DNA of 64,000 nucleotides from Cladosporium halotolerans (Eukaryota). The stretch covers positions 1 through 64,000 of the forward strand of contig NW_027191476.1 of NCBI RefSeq assembly GCF_011745625.1, written 5' to 3'. Positions 48,610 through 60,372 of the stretch are shown in pieces; within the stretch, counting starts at the first letter, position 1; each line of letters starts with the position of its first letter. The notes beneath the pieces are model-generated. The model ran no database searches. It saw only the letters and a program-made list of their open reading frames with translations, and was not told the DNA's origin. The position numbers and the translations under genes were made by a program.

Positions 48610-49563
48610 CTAATAGCTGAACTTGAAGCCGCCGTTGGAAGAGATCACGCTGCCGGTAGTCCAAGCGCAGTCAGGCGTGCAGAGCATAGCGATGGTGCCA
48701 GCAATCTCCGACTCGTACGCCTGTCACACCATCAGCAACAATTCTCCTCGGGGAGGAAACATTAACAAAGGCACACGACTTACCGGACGCCCACCAGCAA
48801 GCTCTGCATTGTCGACCAGATCCTTCCTGTCCACCTGCGGCCTGATAGTCGTGAGAGGCGAGTTGATAGTCCAGTGGCTCATCTTCTGCTGGAACTCCTT
48901 CGTAGTGCCGGCGTACATGTCCGTCGCGACGGGACCAGGGTTCACAGCATTCACAGTGGCACGCTCGGCAAGCTCGCGCGCCCAAGACCTAGTCATGGAC
49001 TCCAACGCCGCCTTGGTGCCGCCGTAGACGCTCTGGCGCTCAAAACCGAGCGAGGCACTGACACTGCTGACATTGACAATGCGGCCGCTGCGGTCGTGAG
49101 GCAGGTAAGGCATGGCAGCCTTCATGAGGAAAAGCGGACCGCGGACGTTGACGTTGTAGAGGTTGGTAAAGTCCGCGGCGTTGCACTCTTCAATTGCCAG
49201 GTTGCTGGCGATGCCGGCGTTCTGGACAATGATGTCGATCTGCATCTTGTTGCTCTTGGGGTGAGAGAAGTGGTTCTTTGTAATGTCAATGATGTGGGCG
49301 GGACTGTTCTCGGAGCCCATGTCGGCCTGGACGGGAATGCATTTGACGCCGTAGGTGTCCTGAAGTCTTTGGGCCAGTTCCCTTGTTTTCTGTTTTGAGG
49401 AGTCGGAGGTGTAGTTGATGACCAGGTTGGCACCCTTGGCTGCAAGGTTCTCGCATGTAGCCGCCCCAATGCCTCTTGAGCCGCCGGTCACGATGGCCAG
49501 TTTACCTTCCAGGACGCGCGGAGCGCTGGTGGTGAGGTTGGTAGAAGCGGATCTCAAAGACAT
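48610..49563 (-). CDS. Short-chain dehydrogenase/reductase (3-oxoacyl-ACP reductase-like)
   Basis: IVTGGSRGIG, QNAG, VNVSS, YGGTK, VNAVNPGPVATDM; one intron near 48722-48783; ends NGGFKFSY. Confidence 0.93.
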
Positions 49564-49955
49564 GACGGCTGCTTATGTAATTTGTCGCAGAGATGGGAAA
49601 TGTAGACGGGAAAGGCAACAATGAAGCCACTTAGGTGTGTATCCGGAAGCACATGCATGTAAACACGTATGGTGGGCTGGCGGGGTGGGCTCAGTTTAGG
49701 CTTTCGTGGTGATGCAATCTTGCAGAACTTGTGGAGCGGCCACAGGTGAGTTATCGACGCTTCGGTGACGGTCTGGAAATTGACAACAAAATAATGAATC
49801 CCTAGAGCGACGGAATACAGGTAACCGCGATGGATTATATCGTTGCCCACACCCTCTGATACCATACAGCTGAAGGGGAAAACTAATGGCGGCAACTCGT
49901 GCAAGAGTATGGGAAGCTAGACGAAATCGACGTGTCCAGTACGCTGAAAGGAGTC

Positions 49956-52276
49956 TCAACGTCTTACACTTCTTCGGCTGGTATTTAAGAACAGAGGATG
50001 TGAACCAACGTAGCCTGGACTGCGGTGACTGTGAAAGTATCTCTCCCGTTCATATTGGCCCTCGCGGACACCTCGCATCCCAGCGAATTCAGGATTTCTG
50101 GCGCCCGAGGAAAACGGAGGCAAGGTAATGCGACCTCGTGGACTAGGAACAAACTGCTGAGATGCATAAGATCGATTGGCTGGTGTAAGATATTGTCGAC
50201 TGGCCTGATCTCGCTCTTTCTGTGTATGTCGTTGCAATCGCGGCCTTGTCTCTCGATCAGAGCGAGGCGTTTCTGGAGGCTGATTTTGATCCCAACTACC
50301 ATGCAATAATTGCGGCCTTTCAGAGTCCCGTGATCGATCATGGATGTTTGCATTGATGCTATTGTTTTGCTTCTGGGCGGTAGACCATTGTTGACCGTAC
50401 ACTTTGCTTGCCTGACTGACATTTGATCCCCTTGTTGGCGGGCGAGCCAGAGGCGTTGAACGAGGATTACTTTTGCCATTTCGGAAGAAAGGACTACTGA
50501 TTGAGGCGGTGGTGTTTCGCCACTCTTTGTAGGGTGAGGTGGCTGCTTTCGGCTTGAAGTTGAAATGTGAAGATCCCAAAGACCCACCACCATTTTGGTT
50601 GATAGGAAGCGGACGCAATGGCTGCCTTTGGTTCATCAAAGCACCGCTCGTCTCCGGCGGAAAATTTGCTTGGTAGAGGTCTCTCGACGGAGTATTTGCT
50701 TGTGGAGCAAAGTTGCCTGGAAGGAATCGCTCGGATGCTAACGCATCTTCTTCATTGTGCTTACCAAGATTCACATTCCCCCGAGGGTCGCCATGCGCAA
50801 GCGGGTAGGGCATATATGTATCGTTATCAGAAGACGGATGGTCAACTAGAATTGGTGCGCTTCGTTCAGGCTGTCGTGACCATTCGCAGAGTGATGCATC
50901 GTTCATCTGCCGCAATCTGCCAGGGTCAGACAGCTGCTGGGTCACATCGCGTAGTCTTGGCGCATGGAGTGTCCGCTCGTAGGACGCGCGATGCTGTAGA
51001 TCACTCTTTCGCAATCCGGTCATGTCCTCGTACTTGTACGAAACGTCTTGTTGCTGCCTCTGCAATGGTGGCGGTGGCATCATGTCACGGCTGCTCATAC
51101 GCTTCGGATGTGAGATCGCTGGCAGAAAAGCGGCACCGAGATCGGTATCTCGGTCATGTTGTTTGCGCTTTCTTGATGACGACGAAGGACTCTTCGTTAC
51201 GAATACTGCATGGAAGCAGGTTAGCTCGCATTATCAGTCGGCCACGGAGGACGGCCGCCAGAAAAAAGCACAGATTGACTTACATCGCGTCTGGCTATTG
51301 ACATAGTTGGTATTCGCATCAGCTCCTTGTTGATCCTGTTCGTTTGCTTCGCCAAATCCGTAAGCCTGGACAGGTACTTCGAAGCCCAGTTCTAGCAATT
51401 GTGAGCGCATGTGTCGAAGATCTCTGAAGAAGGTATTAGTCAAAAGTATTCAGCATTGGCTGAAGAGCAGTACAAACTCCGTCATTGGTTTGACCGCAGC
51501 CATCAATTTGTTGATGATCGGCATCCGTTCTCCCCATTTCTTCAGTGAGACATTCGCCTTCGCTAGCTCTGCTGAGTCAAAAGCCGCTTGAACCTTCACT
51601 TCTCGCAATTCGGCTTGTACGCTCTTCCGCAATGATCTCTCGCGGCCGATGGCCTCACTGGCTACCACGTGTTTCTCTTCGGCTTCTTTCCATCGCGCAT
51701 GGACTTTCTGTGAGTAGCGCGCCAAGGCCATGTATTGGAACTGCAAGGGAGTTAGATCGCATAATCGCATACAGCCCGTCATAAACCCTACCCGCATTGC
51801 ATCCATTCCAGGCGCGGTACCGTCAAGTCTGATTGGCGGGCATTGAAACCATGTCTGAGGTATCGTCGGGTCATGCTCGCCTTCTTCTAGTCCTTTGATG
51901 CCATACAGCTTTTTCTGTGTCTCGTCTCCGAGTCGCTGGCATTGAGGACACTTCGCTTGAGGCTGCTCGCCCTGTGGATGAAATGGTGCGGCTATCAGAA
52001 CGCGTCAATTCCCGATCTTCTCGCCCTTTCACACGTCTGTGACCTACCTCCTCCGCTCAAATGCTTGCCACACGTTACGTGTGCGCATTCCGCGATCCAT
52101 AGACGCGTCACAGTACCGTCGTCGTCGCCAGAGCCGCTGTGGAAGCCCTTGTTGCTCTCTGGCGTCGCGTAGACTTCTGAGACGCTCGCCTGGCAAATTC
52201 CACAGCTGAAAATGACTTCGGGCAGTGTCAGGGTATCCGCAGATGGCGCGTCGCTGACGGTATGTGCTGGAGCCAT
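49956..52276 (-). CDS. RING-finger + coiled-coil protein with disordered tail (Zip3/RNF212-like meiotic E3 candidate)
   Basis: FSCGIC...ECAHVTCGKH...CPQC RING, followed by a coiled coil (FQYMALARYS...) and a long S/P/R-rich tail; about four introns. Confidence 0.65.
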
Positions 52277-52566
52277 TTTGGTGACAAGATCGTGTTGCTG
52301 TCGGGATGTGAAGAGTACGGCTGAGCGCAGTATGCGCGCCGTGTGTCGGGTTTGAGGTGTCGTGGGAAGCTGCCTGAAATCGGAGTCGCGCCTTCCTCGT
52401 CCTGATCCGCGTTAGATCCTGCTATGAGCATTTATCGCGCCTCATGAGAATGCGCGAAATGTAGTGTCTGGACGGAGAAAGTCAATGAAGGACAAATGAA
52501 ATTGTATGGCATCAATTCGCGACTAATCTATGTACAACCCTAAAACTCCGGTCAACCGCTCCTCGT

Positions 52567-53271
52567 CTAGATGAAAGCCCTGCAAGGGTAGCTAAAAATT
52601 GGTCAGCGTTGAACTCCATACACGAATAGCCACATCATGACTTACTTGGGGCCGTATGCCTGCTCCTCGTCCTTCGCAAGGTTGTACTTCACGGCTTGCC
52701 TGTGTCCACCGTAGCGGGCGGGAAGAGGCGGCATGCCGTTGGGTCCAAGAACGCCCTTGGACATGCTCTTCTCCTTCTCGAAGAAAGCACTCAGCCCCTT
52801 CTCGCCCTCCTCCTTCAGCGCCACAAGCTGCTTCTTGCCCGCCTCGCCAATCTGCAGCTGATCCTCCTTAGGCTGAGCGGCCGAACCAACCGACAGCAGC
52901 GCAACAACATCGGGCTGCTTCACAACCGAAAGCTTAGGGTATGAGCGGCGCACATCGCGCTTCCAGTAGGGGTTCTCTGCAATATCGCCGGCGGGCACGG
53001 TGACGGGGTCGTCGTAGAGGGTAGGGTCGTTGCCGCCGGGTGTAGGAAGGCGGTACTGCGGGTTCAGAGGGATACCGGTGGAGCGGCCAGAGTCGACAGC
53101 AAAGAAGTCGTTGATCTTGGCCCAGATACCAGTTGGCTGGACGGTGTATTTCTGCGCGCCAGGTTAGTCGTGATTGTAGAAAGTCACGAAGGCACCCGGC
53201 CGTACCTTGTATTGGGCATTACGCCTGCCCATGGAAGCCAGGGTCTTTCCAATCTTTCCTGCTTCGGCCAT
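52567..53271 (-). CDS. Complex I 21.3 kDa accessory subunit (fungal NUO-21.3a/NUZM type)
   Basis: KYTVQPTGIW, RSTGIPLNPQYR, PAGDIAENPYWKRDVRRSYPKLS, terminal YPCRAF; two introns. Confidence 0.9.
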
Positions 53272-53595
53272 GGCGACGGTGAGGGCGGTAGAGAGTGGAG
53301 AGGTGGTGGTTTTCCGTATGCGCGACACCAATGGCGTTCTGTACCTGGTTGCGCTTGAGGTACGCCGCCGCCAAGTCTGAGTAAGCTCATGCCTGAGGCA
53401 TCAGCTTCAACTTCACATACCGTTCTCAGCCGCCATTGGCTCGACGAGACGAACATTGACATATATTAGGCATATCGTTTGACCCAAAGATATCAAGTGC
53501 CCTGAATTCATAAAGCTGTTGACATAAGAATCCATCTTCTTCCAAAGCTTCTACCGATCATTCATCTAGCTCCAACCAAACATCCAAGCATACTG

Positions 53596-54561
53596 ATGAC
53601 AGGAGCCATCATGCCTTTCAATCGCGCTTTGTATCAACACCTACCCACCCAACTCTCAGCCGCCTTAAAGGACTTCCAAGCCTCAAAATCCACCTTCCGC
53701 CTCCTCCAGACTATCCATCCCAACGACCCTACTCCACAACCTGCGACGCCACCCATAACTACTCCACCCCGGACCCTCTTGATTCTCGACTCATCCTTCA
53801 ACCCTCCAAGTATAGCACATTTGACCCTCGCTCGCACTGCACTGCATAAGACAAGCAAGCCAATCGCCACCCACCCAGGCCCCCACCGCCTGCTCCTGCT
53901 GTTCAGCACTATGAACGCCGACAAAGCGCCCTCAGCCGCGAGCTTCGAACAACGTCTAACGCTGATGACCATCTTCGCCGTCGACTTGCAACGCACCCTC
54001 GCCTCTAGCCCGGACCATGTATGTCCACCGATCGACATCGGCGTCACGACCGCTCCTTACTACACAGATAAATCCGCCGCGATTACTAGCTCGCCTGAAG
54101 GACAGCACTGGTACCCTGCACCTGCCGGCTCCGAACCCGCAAAGCACATCCACCTACTAGGCTTCGACACACTGACCCGAATTTTCACCCCCAAATACTA
54201 CGCATCTTTCTCGCCGCCTCTCTCCGCCCTGGCTCCCTACTTTGACGCAGGACACAGTCTGCGTGCGACCCTACGACCGGGCTCCAGCGACGAATACGGT
54301 GACGAGAGCTCTCAGCGGGGTTTTCTAGAAAACATCGCGTCAGGTGGGATGGAGAGCGATGGCGGAAAGCCAGAGTGGGCTGACCAAGTCGAGTTGGTGT
54401 CGCCGACGGAGCAGGCGGGAGTGAGTAGCACGGCGATTCGGAAGGCGGCGAAAGGTGGGGAATGGGGAGTTGTTGAAGATTTGTGCACTGAGGGAGTGAA
54501 GGAGTGGGTGAAAGGTGAGGGGCTGTATGATGAGGATGCGAGGGGGGCGAAAATGGGATGA
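53596..54561 (+). CDS. POF1: Cytidylyltransferase-like/NMN adenylyltransferase (POF1 family)
   Basis: LLILDSSFNPPSIAH, LLLFSTMNADK, LLGFDTLTRIF.PKYY, GVSSTAIR. Confidence 0.82.
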   Translation: MTGAIMPFNRALYQHLPTQLSAALKDFQASKSTFRLLQTIHPNDPTPQPATPPITTPPRTLLILDSSFNPPSIAHLTLARTALHKTSKPIATHPGPHRLLLLFSTMNADKAPSAASFEQRLTLMTIFAVDLQRTLASSPDHVCPPIDIGVTTAPYYTDKSAAITSSPEGQHWYPAPAGSEPAKHIHLLGFDTLTRIFTPKYYASFSPPLSALAPYFDAGHSLRATLRPGSSDEYGDESSQRGFLENIASGGMESDGGKPEWADQVELVSPTEQAGVSSTAIRKAAKGGEWGVVEDLCTEGVKEWVKGEGLYDEDARGAKMG

Positions 54562-54634
54562 TGAGGTCAAGACAGGTGAGGGGCTGTATGATGAGGATGC
54601 GAGGGGGGCGAAAATGGGATGATGAGGTCAAGAC
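54513..54634 (+). repeat. Perfect 61-bp tandem duplication spanning the stop codon
   Basis: AGGTGAGGGGCTG...GGTCAAGAC at 54513-54573 is repeated identically at 54574-54634. Confidence 0.95.
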
Positions 54635-55555
54635 GTGGTGTGAGGTCCTACGAAGGAGGTTCAAAAGGTGTGCTGACTAGCCACGTACGATCAGTGCATA
54701 CATAGGCCATAGAGATCGTGTACACCTAGCGTTCCTCCAGATAGCTCTGTCACTGAGGCTCATCTGCGGTCCTGTCATATCTCCGGCCTGCTGCAGTTTG
54801 TGTTCTGTTTTCTGCGTAACCTCTGCTGCGCTTGAATACAATCAAAATTTCTTCAGGACCTGGGAAGGGTTGTTGATGAACCAGGAGCAAACTTTCGTAT
54901 GGCACTTGAGATGTCAAGGCCAGACGTGGCTTCGGGCGAGTGCAATCGCGTGTCCCAACCTTTGGAGGCTTTGGAAGACTACGACGCGTCCTTATACAGT
55001 CAACAACAGAATTCATGGGTGAAAAGTCAGCCTTGATAGCCGATGAAAACAGGTATCTAATCCGTGATTCCTCTTTCTTTGGGAGAATAGCAATAATTAA
55101 GAGGTAATGACATTGTTACAATACCTTATAGACCTCAAATTTTTGGATGAGCGATGGGCATTCGTCTGGTTCGATATGATACCGCTCAGCACCACGGAGT
55201 CACATACCGCGAACTGCCGGTTTGCGGACAGGCGTGTTTCCTGGAAAAGTTGCCGCGGCTCCTTGGATACGGCCGAACAGAGCACACGAGAGGCTTTTCT
55301 GCACACGACAAAGGGGCAATGCCCCCGAGAGGTCATGAAAATCTTGAACATTTCAAATTCAATGGATCGCATGCTACGGCACGTATCATCGATAGTACAA
55401 AGGCCACGATACCAGTTTCCCTGACTGACAATGCCATACCTTGATCTCAACGCTCTCGGTGTTTGAATCAGGGTCGAGAATCGAGCCCGTGGGGAAGAAC
55501 GCCACTCTCCACGAAATCACGTGTCCTGACTCCGGCCCCAGACCAAAATTGGCAA

Positions 55556-55591
55556 GAGCCGAGGCTCGACAGATCGCCGAACTTCCCGAGG
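55556..55591. promoter_or_regulatory. FarA/CTF1alpha-type fatty-acid response elements
   Basis: CCGAGG at 55559-55564 (inside palindrome GAGCC-GA-GGCTC) and at 55586-55591, 150-185 bp upstream of acyl-CoA oxidase. Confidence 0.55.
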
Positions 55592-55742
55592 TGGTCTGCC
55601 GTCGTCATTCAATTACAAGGTGCCAGGCCTCCCAGAAACATGCCCGTCTCTGCCCGCGTTCACCTTTCATAGCACTTTCCTCCTCGTTAACCCTTCTCTC
55701 CTTACCCCCAATCACTACTCTTCCTCCATACATACCGCCAAC

Positions 55743-57839
55743 ATGGCTCCCGTCCCTCAATGGGTCCGTGACCTAAAGGTCCCCTCTGGCTCACAAGGCA
55801 CAGAACTCCTCACGCAGGAGCGCGCCAAATCAAATGTCGACGTCGACAGCGTTTCCAACTTCCTCTTCACCAAAGCCGGCCTGGAGAAGAAGCATGCCAT
55901 ACTTAAGATCCTCGAGGCCGAGAAGGTCTTCGACAAATCACAGAACTACTTCGCCGGCCGCGTCGACCGATTTGAGACGGCGCTCGCTCGTGCCAAAAAG
56001 CTGAGGCAATTGGAGGTGAAACACGGCTGGGAGATGCAGGAGAAGTCTATTGCCAACGAGCTCATCTCTGAGCCCGGTCCTTACGGTCTGCATGAGAGCA
56101 TGTTCTTGATCACGCTGAGAGATCAGGGCAATGCGGAGCAGCACGAGAAGTTCCTCAAGCCCGCACAGGCGTACAAGTACATAGGCTGCTACGCTCAGAC
56201 TGAATTGGGCCACGGCTCGAACGTAAGAGGATTGGAGACTACTGCTACATGGAACCCCGATGACAAGACCTTCACCATCCACTCGCCGCATCTCACAGCG
56301 TCAAAGTGGTGGATCGGATCTCTCGGCCGCACGGCCAACCACGCCGTCGTTATGGCCCAGCTCATCATGAACGGCAAGTCATTGGGTCCCCATCCCTTCG
56401 TGGTCCAGATTCGCGACCTTGAGACGCACCAGCCTCTGAAGGACATCCACATTGGTGACATCGGACCCAAGTTTGGCTACAACACCATGGACAACGGTTT
56501 CCTCCTCTTCAACCACGTCAAGGTTCCCCACATCAGCATGCTTGCACGTTTCTCCTCTATCGACCCCAAGACCAACAAGTATGTGCGTCCTGCCTCGCCA
56601 GCTCTCGTGTACGGCACCTTGACTTGGGTCCGCTCCAACATCGTCATGCAAGCCGGCGGCGTCCTCGCTCGTGGTGTCACCATCGCGACCCGCTACTGCT
56701 CTGTCCGCAAGCAGTTCCAGGACCGTGACGCACCCGAGTGGGAGCGCGGTGAGAACCAAGTCCTGAACTACACCATGGTCCAAATCCGTCTCCTCCCTCT
56801 GCTCGCTGCTACCTACGCTCTGCACTTCACCGGCAAGGGCATGATGTCGCTCTACAACGCCAACCAGAAGAAGATCGCCGCCGACGCCGGCAAGGCCGGC
56901 AGCCAACAAGGCCGTGGTGCAGGCCCCGAGGAGACCAACTCCAGCTCCGACCTCCTCGCCGACCTGCACGCCACCTCTTGCGGTCTCAAGTCCCTTGCCT
57001 CTTACACCGCCGTCGAAGGCCTCGAGATGTGCCGTCGTGCGTGCGGTGGCCACGGCTACTCCTCCTTCTCGGGCATCGGCCCGTGGTACTCCGACTACCT
57101 GCCGACTGCCACCTGGGAGGGTGACAACTACATGCTAACACAGCAAGTGGCACGCTACCTGCTCAAGACCGCACGCTCCGTGCTCAAGGGCAACGAGCCC
57201 ACCAACGACACCATGTCGATCCTGTCGAACTTCCTCTCCCGCCAGGACCAAGGCGCCGCCTTCGACGTGCTGGGCAACGACGCCGACCTCGTCAGCGCCT
57301 TCGCGTGGCGCTCCGCCTTCCTGACCTTCGAGGCCCTCCGCCACCGCGACGAGCAGAAGCGCGCGTGGAACAGCCTTCTGGTCGACTTCTATCGCCTCAG
57401 CCGCGCGCACAGCCAGTACATGGTGGTGAAGAACTTCTACGAAACCCTTCAGTCCCCCTCGTCCTCCTCCGACCTCAACCCCGAGACGCTCGCGGTCATG
57501 CACAAGCTCTTCCGCCTGTACGCGCTGCACACGCTCGAGCAAGAAGCGAGCGAGTTTTACACCTCGTCCGCCGTGACCGTCCGCCAGATCCAGCTGGCGC
57601 GCACGAGCAGCGTGATGAAGCTTCTCGAGGAGGTGCGCCCGCACGCCGTGCGCCTCGTCGACGCCTGGGACTTCCCCGACTGGCAGCTGGACAGCTCGCT
57701 TGGCCGCAAAGACGGAAAGGTGTACGAGGACATGTTCTACCGCGCGAGCGAGCTGAACCCGCTGAACGACATCGTCGTCGACCCCTATCCGGAGAGTCCG
57801 GTGCTGTTCAAGAGCCGGGAGCCGAAGAGCAAGTTGTAG
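55743..57839 (+). CDS. POX1: Peroxisomal acyl-CoA oxidase
   Basis: GCYAQTELGHGSNV, KWWIG, GDIGPKFG, CRRACGGHGY, TWEGDN; C-terminal PTS1 SKL. Confidence 0.97.
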   Translation: MAPVPQWVRDLKVPSGSQGTELLTQERAKSNVDVDSVSNFLFTKAGLEKKHAILKILEAEKVFDKSQNYFAGRVDRFETALARAKKLRQLEVKHGWEMQEKSIANELISEPGPYGLHESMFLITLRDQGNAEQHEKFLKPAQAYKYIGCYAQTELGHGSNVRGLETTATWNPDDKTFTIHSPHLTASKWWIGSLGRTANHAVVMAQLIMNGKSLGPHPFVVQIRDLETHQPLKDIHIGDIGPKFGYNTMDNGFLLFNHVKVPHISMLARFSSIDPKTNKYVRPASPALVYGTLTWVRSNIVMQAGGVLARGVTIATRYCSVRKQFQDRDAPEWERGENQVLNYTMVQIRLLPLLAATYALHFTGKGMMSLYNANQKKIAADAGKAGSQQGRGAGPEETNSSSDLLADLHATSCGLKSLASYTAVEGLEMCRRACGGHGYSSFSGIGPWYSDYLPTATWEGDNYMLTQQVARYLLKTARSVLKGNEPTNDTMSILSNFLSRQDQGAAFDVLGNDADLVSAFAWRSAFLTFEALRHRDEQKRAWNSLLVDFYRLSRAHSQYMVVKNFYETLQSPSSSSDLNPETLAVMHKLFRLYALHTLEQEASEFYTSSAVTVRQIQLARTSSVMKLLEEVRPHAVRLVDAWDFPDWQLDSSLGRKDGKVYEDMFYRASELNPLNDIVVDPYPESPVLFKSREPKSKL

Positions 57840-58172
57840 ATTGTAGATTGAGGGGCATAGAAAGAGGGGAGAAGAGGACTCGCGTCCTCTGGGGTTATAG
57901 ACGCGGTTTGGTCATCTAAGATTTGTTCGGCGTTCTGTCGGTGGTCTTGTACAGTCTAGTACTATGATGAGATGTGAAGTTTTCTTCAGAGCAAGTTTAG
58001 ATATTTTCTTGTATGTGTGCTATCATCAAAGACCAATGCATCAGATCTAACTCGATATCGTCACATGATGCGATAGCGAATGCATTCGCAGAGAAAAGAT
58101 CTCATGATTCCCCCTTCGTTTCCCGCGCATCGTAGTCATCATTAAACCGATGAAGCCATCTCCCAGCTCGCC

Positions 58173-59651
58173 TCAGACCACTTCTTTCGCCAACAGATCC
58201 ACATCCTCCGTACGATAATGGTCCGCGACGATCCTGTAAAGATAACTGGGGGCATGCGCGCCCAGATTCGTAATGTAGAGATCGACCAGATCGGCCTCGA
58301 CATGGTCGAAAATCGGGTTGACGACATCAACGGCGTCCATGAACTCGCCATCCTCGAACGGCACGACTTTTCCCGGGTCGCCGAACTCGATAAGCTCGTC
58401 TGTATCGAACGGATAGACGGGTGAGAGTTTGTAAATGCCGGACAAGACGACGACAGGGACGCGGTGCGCGCGGGCAGCGCGCGCGATGGTGGCTGCGCCG
58501 GCGGCGGCGATCAGGCTGCCGTTTGCGAGGACGGTGTGCGGGGCGAGGATGACTTTGTTGATACGGGACATGAGGGCGAAGACTGCGGAGTCCGGAATAA
58601 GAATCACCGTGATGCCCATGCTGGTCAGGGGCTTCCAGCGCTCATCGGCGTCGGAAGGGTTGGAGTCTGAGTCGTCGGCCTTGCGGTTGCCGTTGACAAT
58701 GGTGGCGTGGGTGGCGAGATGGTCGTTGGGGTAGGCCTCTGCGTGGACGACGGTAAACTTACGCTTGCGGGCAGCGGTGGCGAGGAACTTTTGCACAGTC
58801 TGCGAGGAAGTATGCGTGAGGATGATCTCGTTGCTGTGGATGTGGTCGAGGGCGGACTCGGCGATTTGCGAATCGACGACTTCCAGCTCGTCAAGGAGTT
58901 CTTTGATGCCGTCGATCACTTCGGCTTTGATGTCAAGCTTGCTGTCCGCCGCAGCGTCCTTTTGACGGGGTGCGGGCTTGCCAACGGGCGATTGGGTGCC
59001 TGGAGGCGGCGTCCCGGCGGGAGATGCGCCTTGAGGGGTGTGGAAGAGGCCGAAGAGGGAGGTGACTTGGGTGGGACCTTGGCCGGCGTAGGAGGGTGAT
59101 GTGGCACCGAGCTGGGGTCGCTGCTCGGCCGAATCTTGTGCTAGGGGAGTGATGTCGCCGCTTGACATCGGTCGTGCGTGCATGTCGTGTGGCAGAGCGC
59201 CGCCGTGGTGTAGCGGGCTAAAGCTGGAAATGGTGGAGGAGATGCCGGGCCGGTGAGGAGTCGCTTTTGACGCGGACTGGCTTGGAGAAGTGGGCGTGGA
59301 AGTGTCGCTCGTGGCGGACTGGTCTTGGTCCTCTTCTGCAACCTCGCGAATCACACCAAGAACGCGGCGGACAATGTTGCCCACGGCCATCTCACCAGGC
59401 TGGGCCGCTACCAATCGCCGACCAACATTGCGGATGCGTGTGATGAGGGCCTGGGCATCTCTGGTGCGCTCTCCGGCTACGACGCGAAGGAGAAGCTGTG
59501 TCGTGGCAAGCGCACAAGGTCTGGAGTTCCTGATCTGTCGGCGTTGCAGAAGAGAGATGAAGAGCTCGATTGACGTTTCAATGTCTTTGGATTTGAGCGT
59601 CTTGAGGAAAGTCGAGAGAGAGGGCGCCTGCCCAGGGACAACAGAGGGCAT
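58173..59651 (-). CDS. GCD7: Translation initiation factor eIF2B beta subunit
   Basis: AQPGEMAVGNIVRRVL, HIHSNEIILT, DSAVFALMSRINKVIL, YKLSPVYP, GAHAPSYLYR; likely start MPSVVPGQAP at 59651. Confidence 0.94.
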   Translation of the reverse strand: MPSVVPGQAPSLSTFLKTLKSKDIETSIELFISLLQRRQIRNSRPCALATTQLLLRVVAGERTRDAQALITRIRNVGRRLVAAQPGEMAVGNIVRRVLGVIREVAEEDQDQSATSDTSTPTSPSQSASKATPHRPGISSTISSFSPLHHGGALPHDMHARPMSSGDITPLAQDSAEQRPQLGATSPSYAGQGPTQVTSLFGLFHTPQGASPAGTPPPGTQSPVGKPAPRQKDAAADSKLDIKAEVIDGIKELLDELEVVDSQIAESALDHIHSNEIILTHTSSQTVQKFLATAARKRKFTVVHAEAYPNDHLATHATIVNGNRKADDSDSNPSDADERWKPLTSMGITVILIPDSAVFALMSRINKVILAPHTVLANGSLIAAAGAATIARAARAHRVPVVVLSGIYKLSPVYPFDTDELIEFGDPGKVVPFEDGEFMDAVDVVNPIFDHVEADLVDLYITNLGAHAPSYLYRIVADHYRTEDVDLLAKEVV

Positions 59652-60372
59652 TGTGGCAATGTGTCCGAGAAGGTGCGTGTGGAGTGCGATATGCCTTGGT
59701 GTTCCTTTGGTAGGGCTGTGAGATATGTCTTGCTTGCGCTCTGACTCAGGCCCGGATTGGAGGTCGAGGAATTTTGACGATATTCGCTGGCGTGATATCG
59801 TCGGTAATGTCCCGATTGGCGGTGTGCGATCAATGTTCAGATACTCTCGATGGTCCACGAATAGTTTTGCAAGGTGGTGCTGTGTAATGTTGCCCTTGGG
59901 TCGCAGCGAGGGGCAAATATCAAATGCAGTCTCTACGATTGTGTCGCATGCAGCGGAAGCGAAGCCGCGGGGCTGGCGTCGACAGCCTCAGACAGCCACC
60001 CCGACGGCGGCCGGAGTGCAGCGCTGCCGAGCTGCGCGAGCTCGCACGGCGAACTGCTTCCCCCACGTTGTCCGCGCCTCTCCCCGTCGTCACCATCGTC
60101 TGCACCACCACCGACCCTCTCCACGGCATCTGCCTCCCGTCCTCTCCGCCCTCTCGCCCTGGTGTGCTCCTCCCTCCTCTTCTTCGTGCGACTTCGTTTC
60201 TTCGGCGCTGCCTCAACCAAGCGCCTTGTCTTCAGGCAGCGCGCAAACCAGCGCCCGTCAGCCCTAGCCCTCCGCAACCTCCCGGCATACCCATACACCC
60301 AGCGAGCATATCCCAGCCCTTCAGCATACATAGTCGCTTTGGTCCTTTCCGCTTCATGGCATCTTCAGCGTG

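Noticed and set aside
54547..54561. C-terminal AKMG of the POF1-like protein as a cryptic PTS1
   Set aside because: AKM is not terminal, and no splice or readthrough route exposes it.
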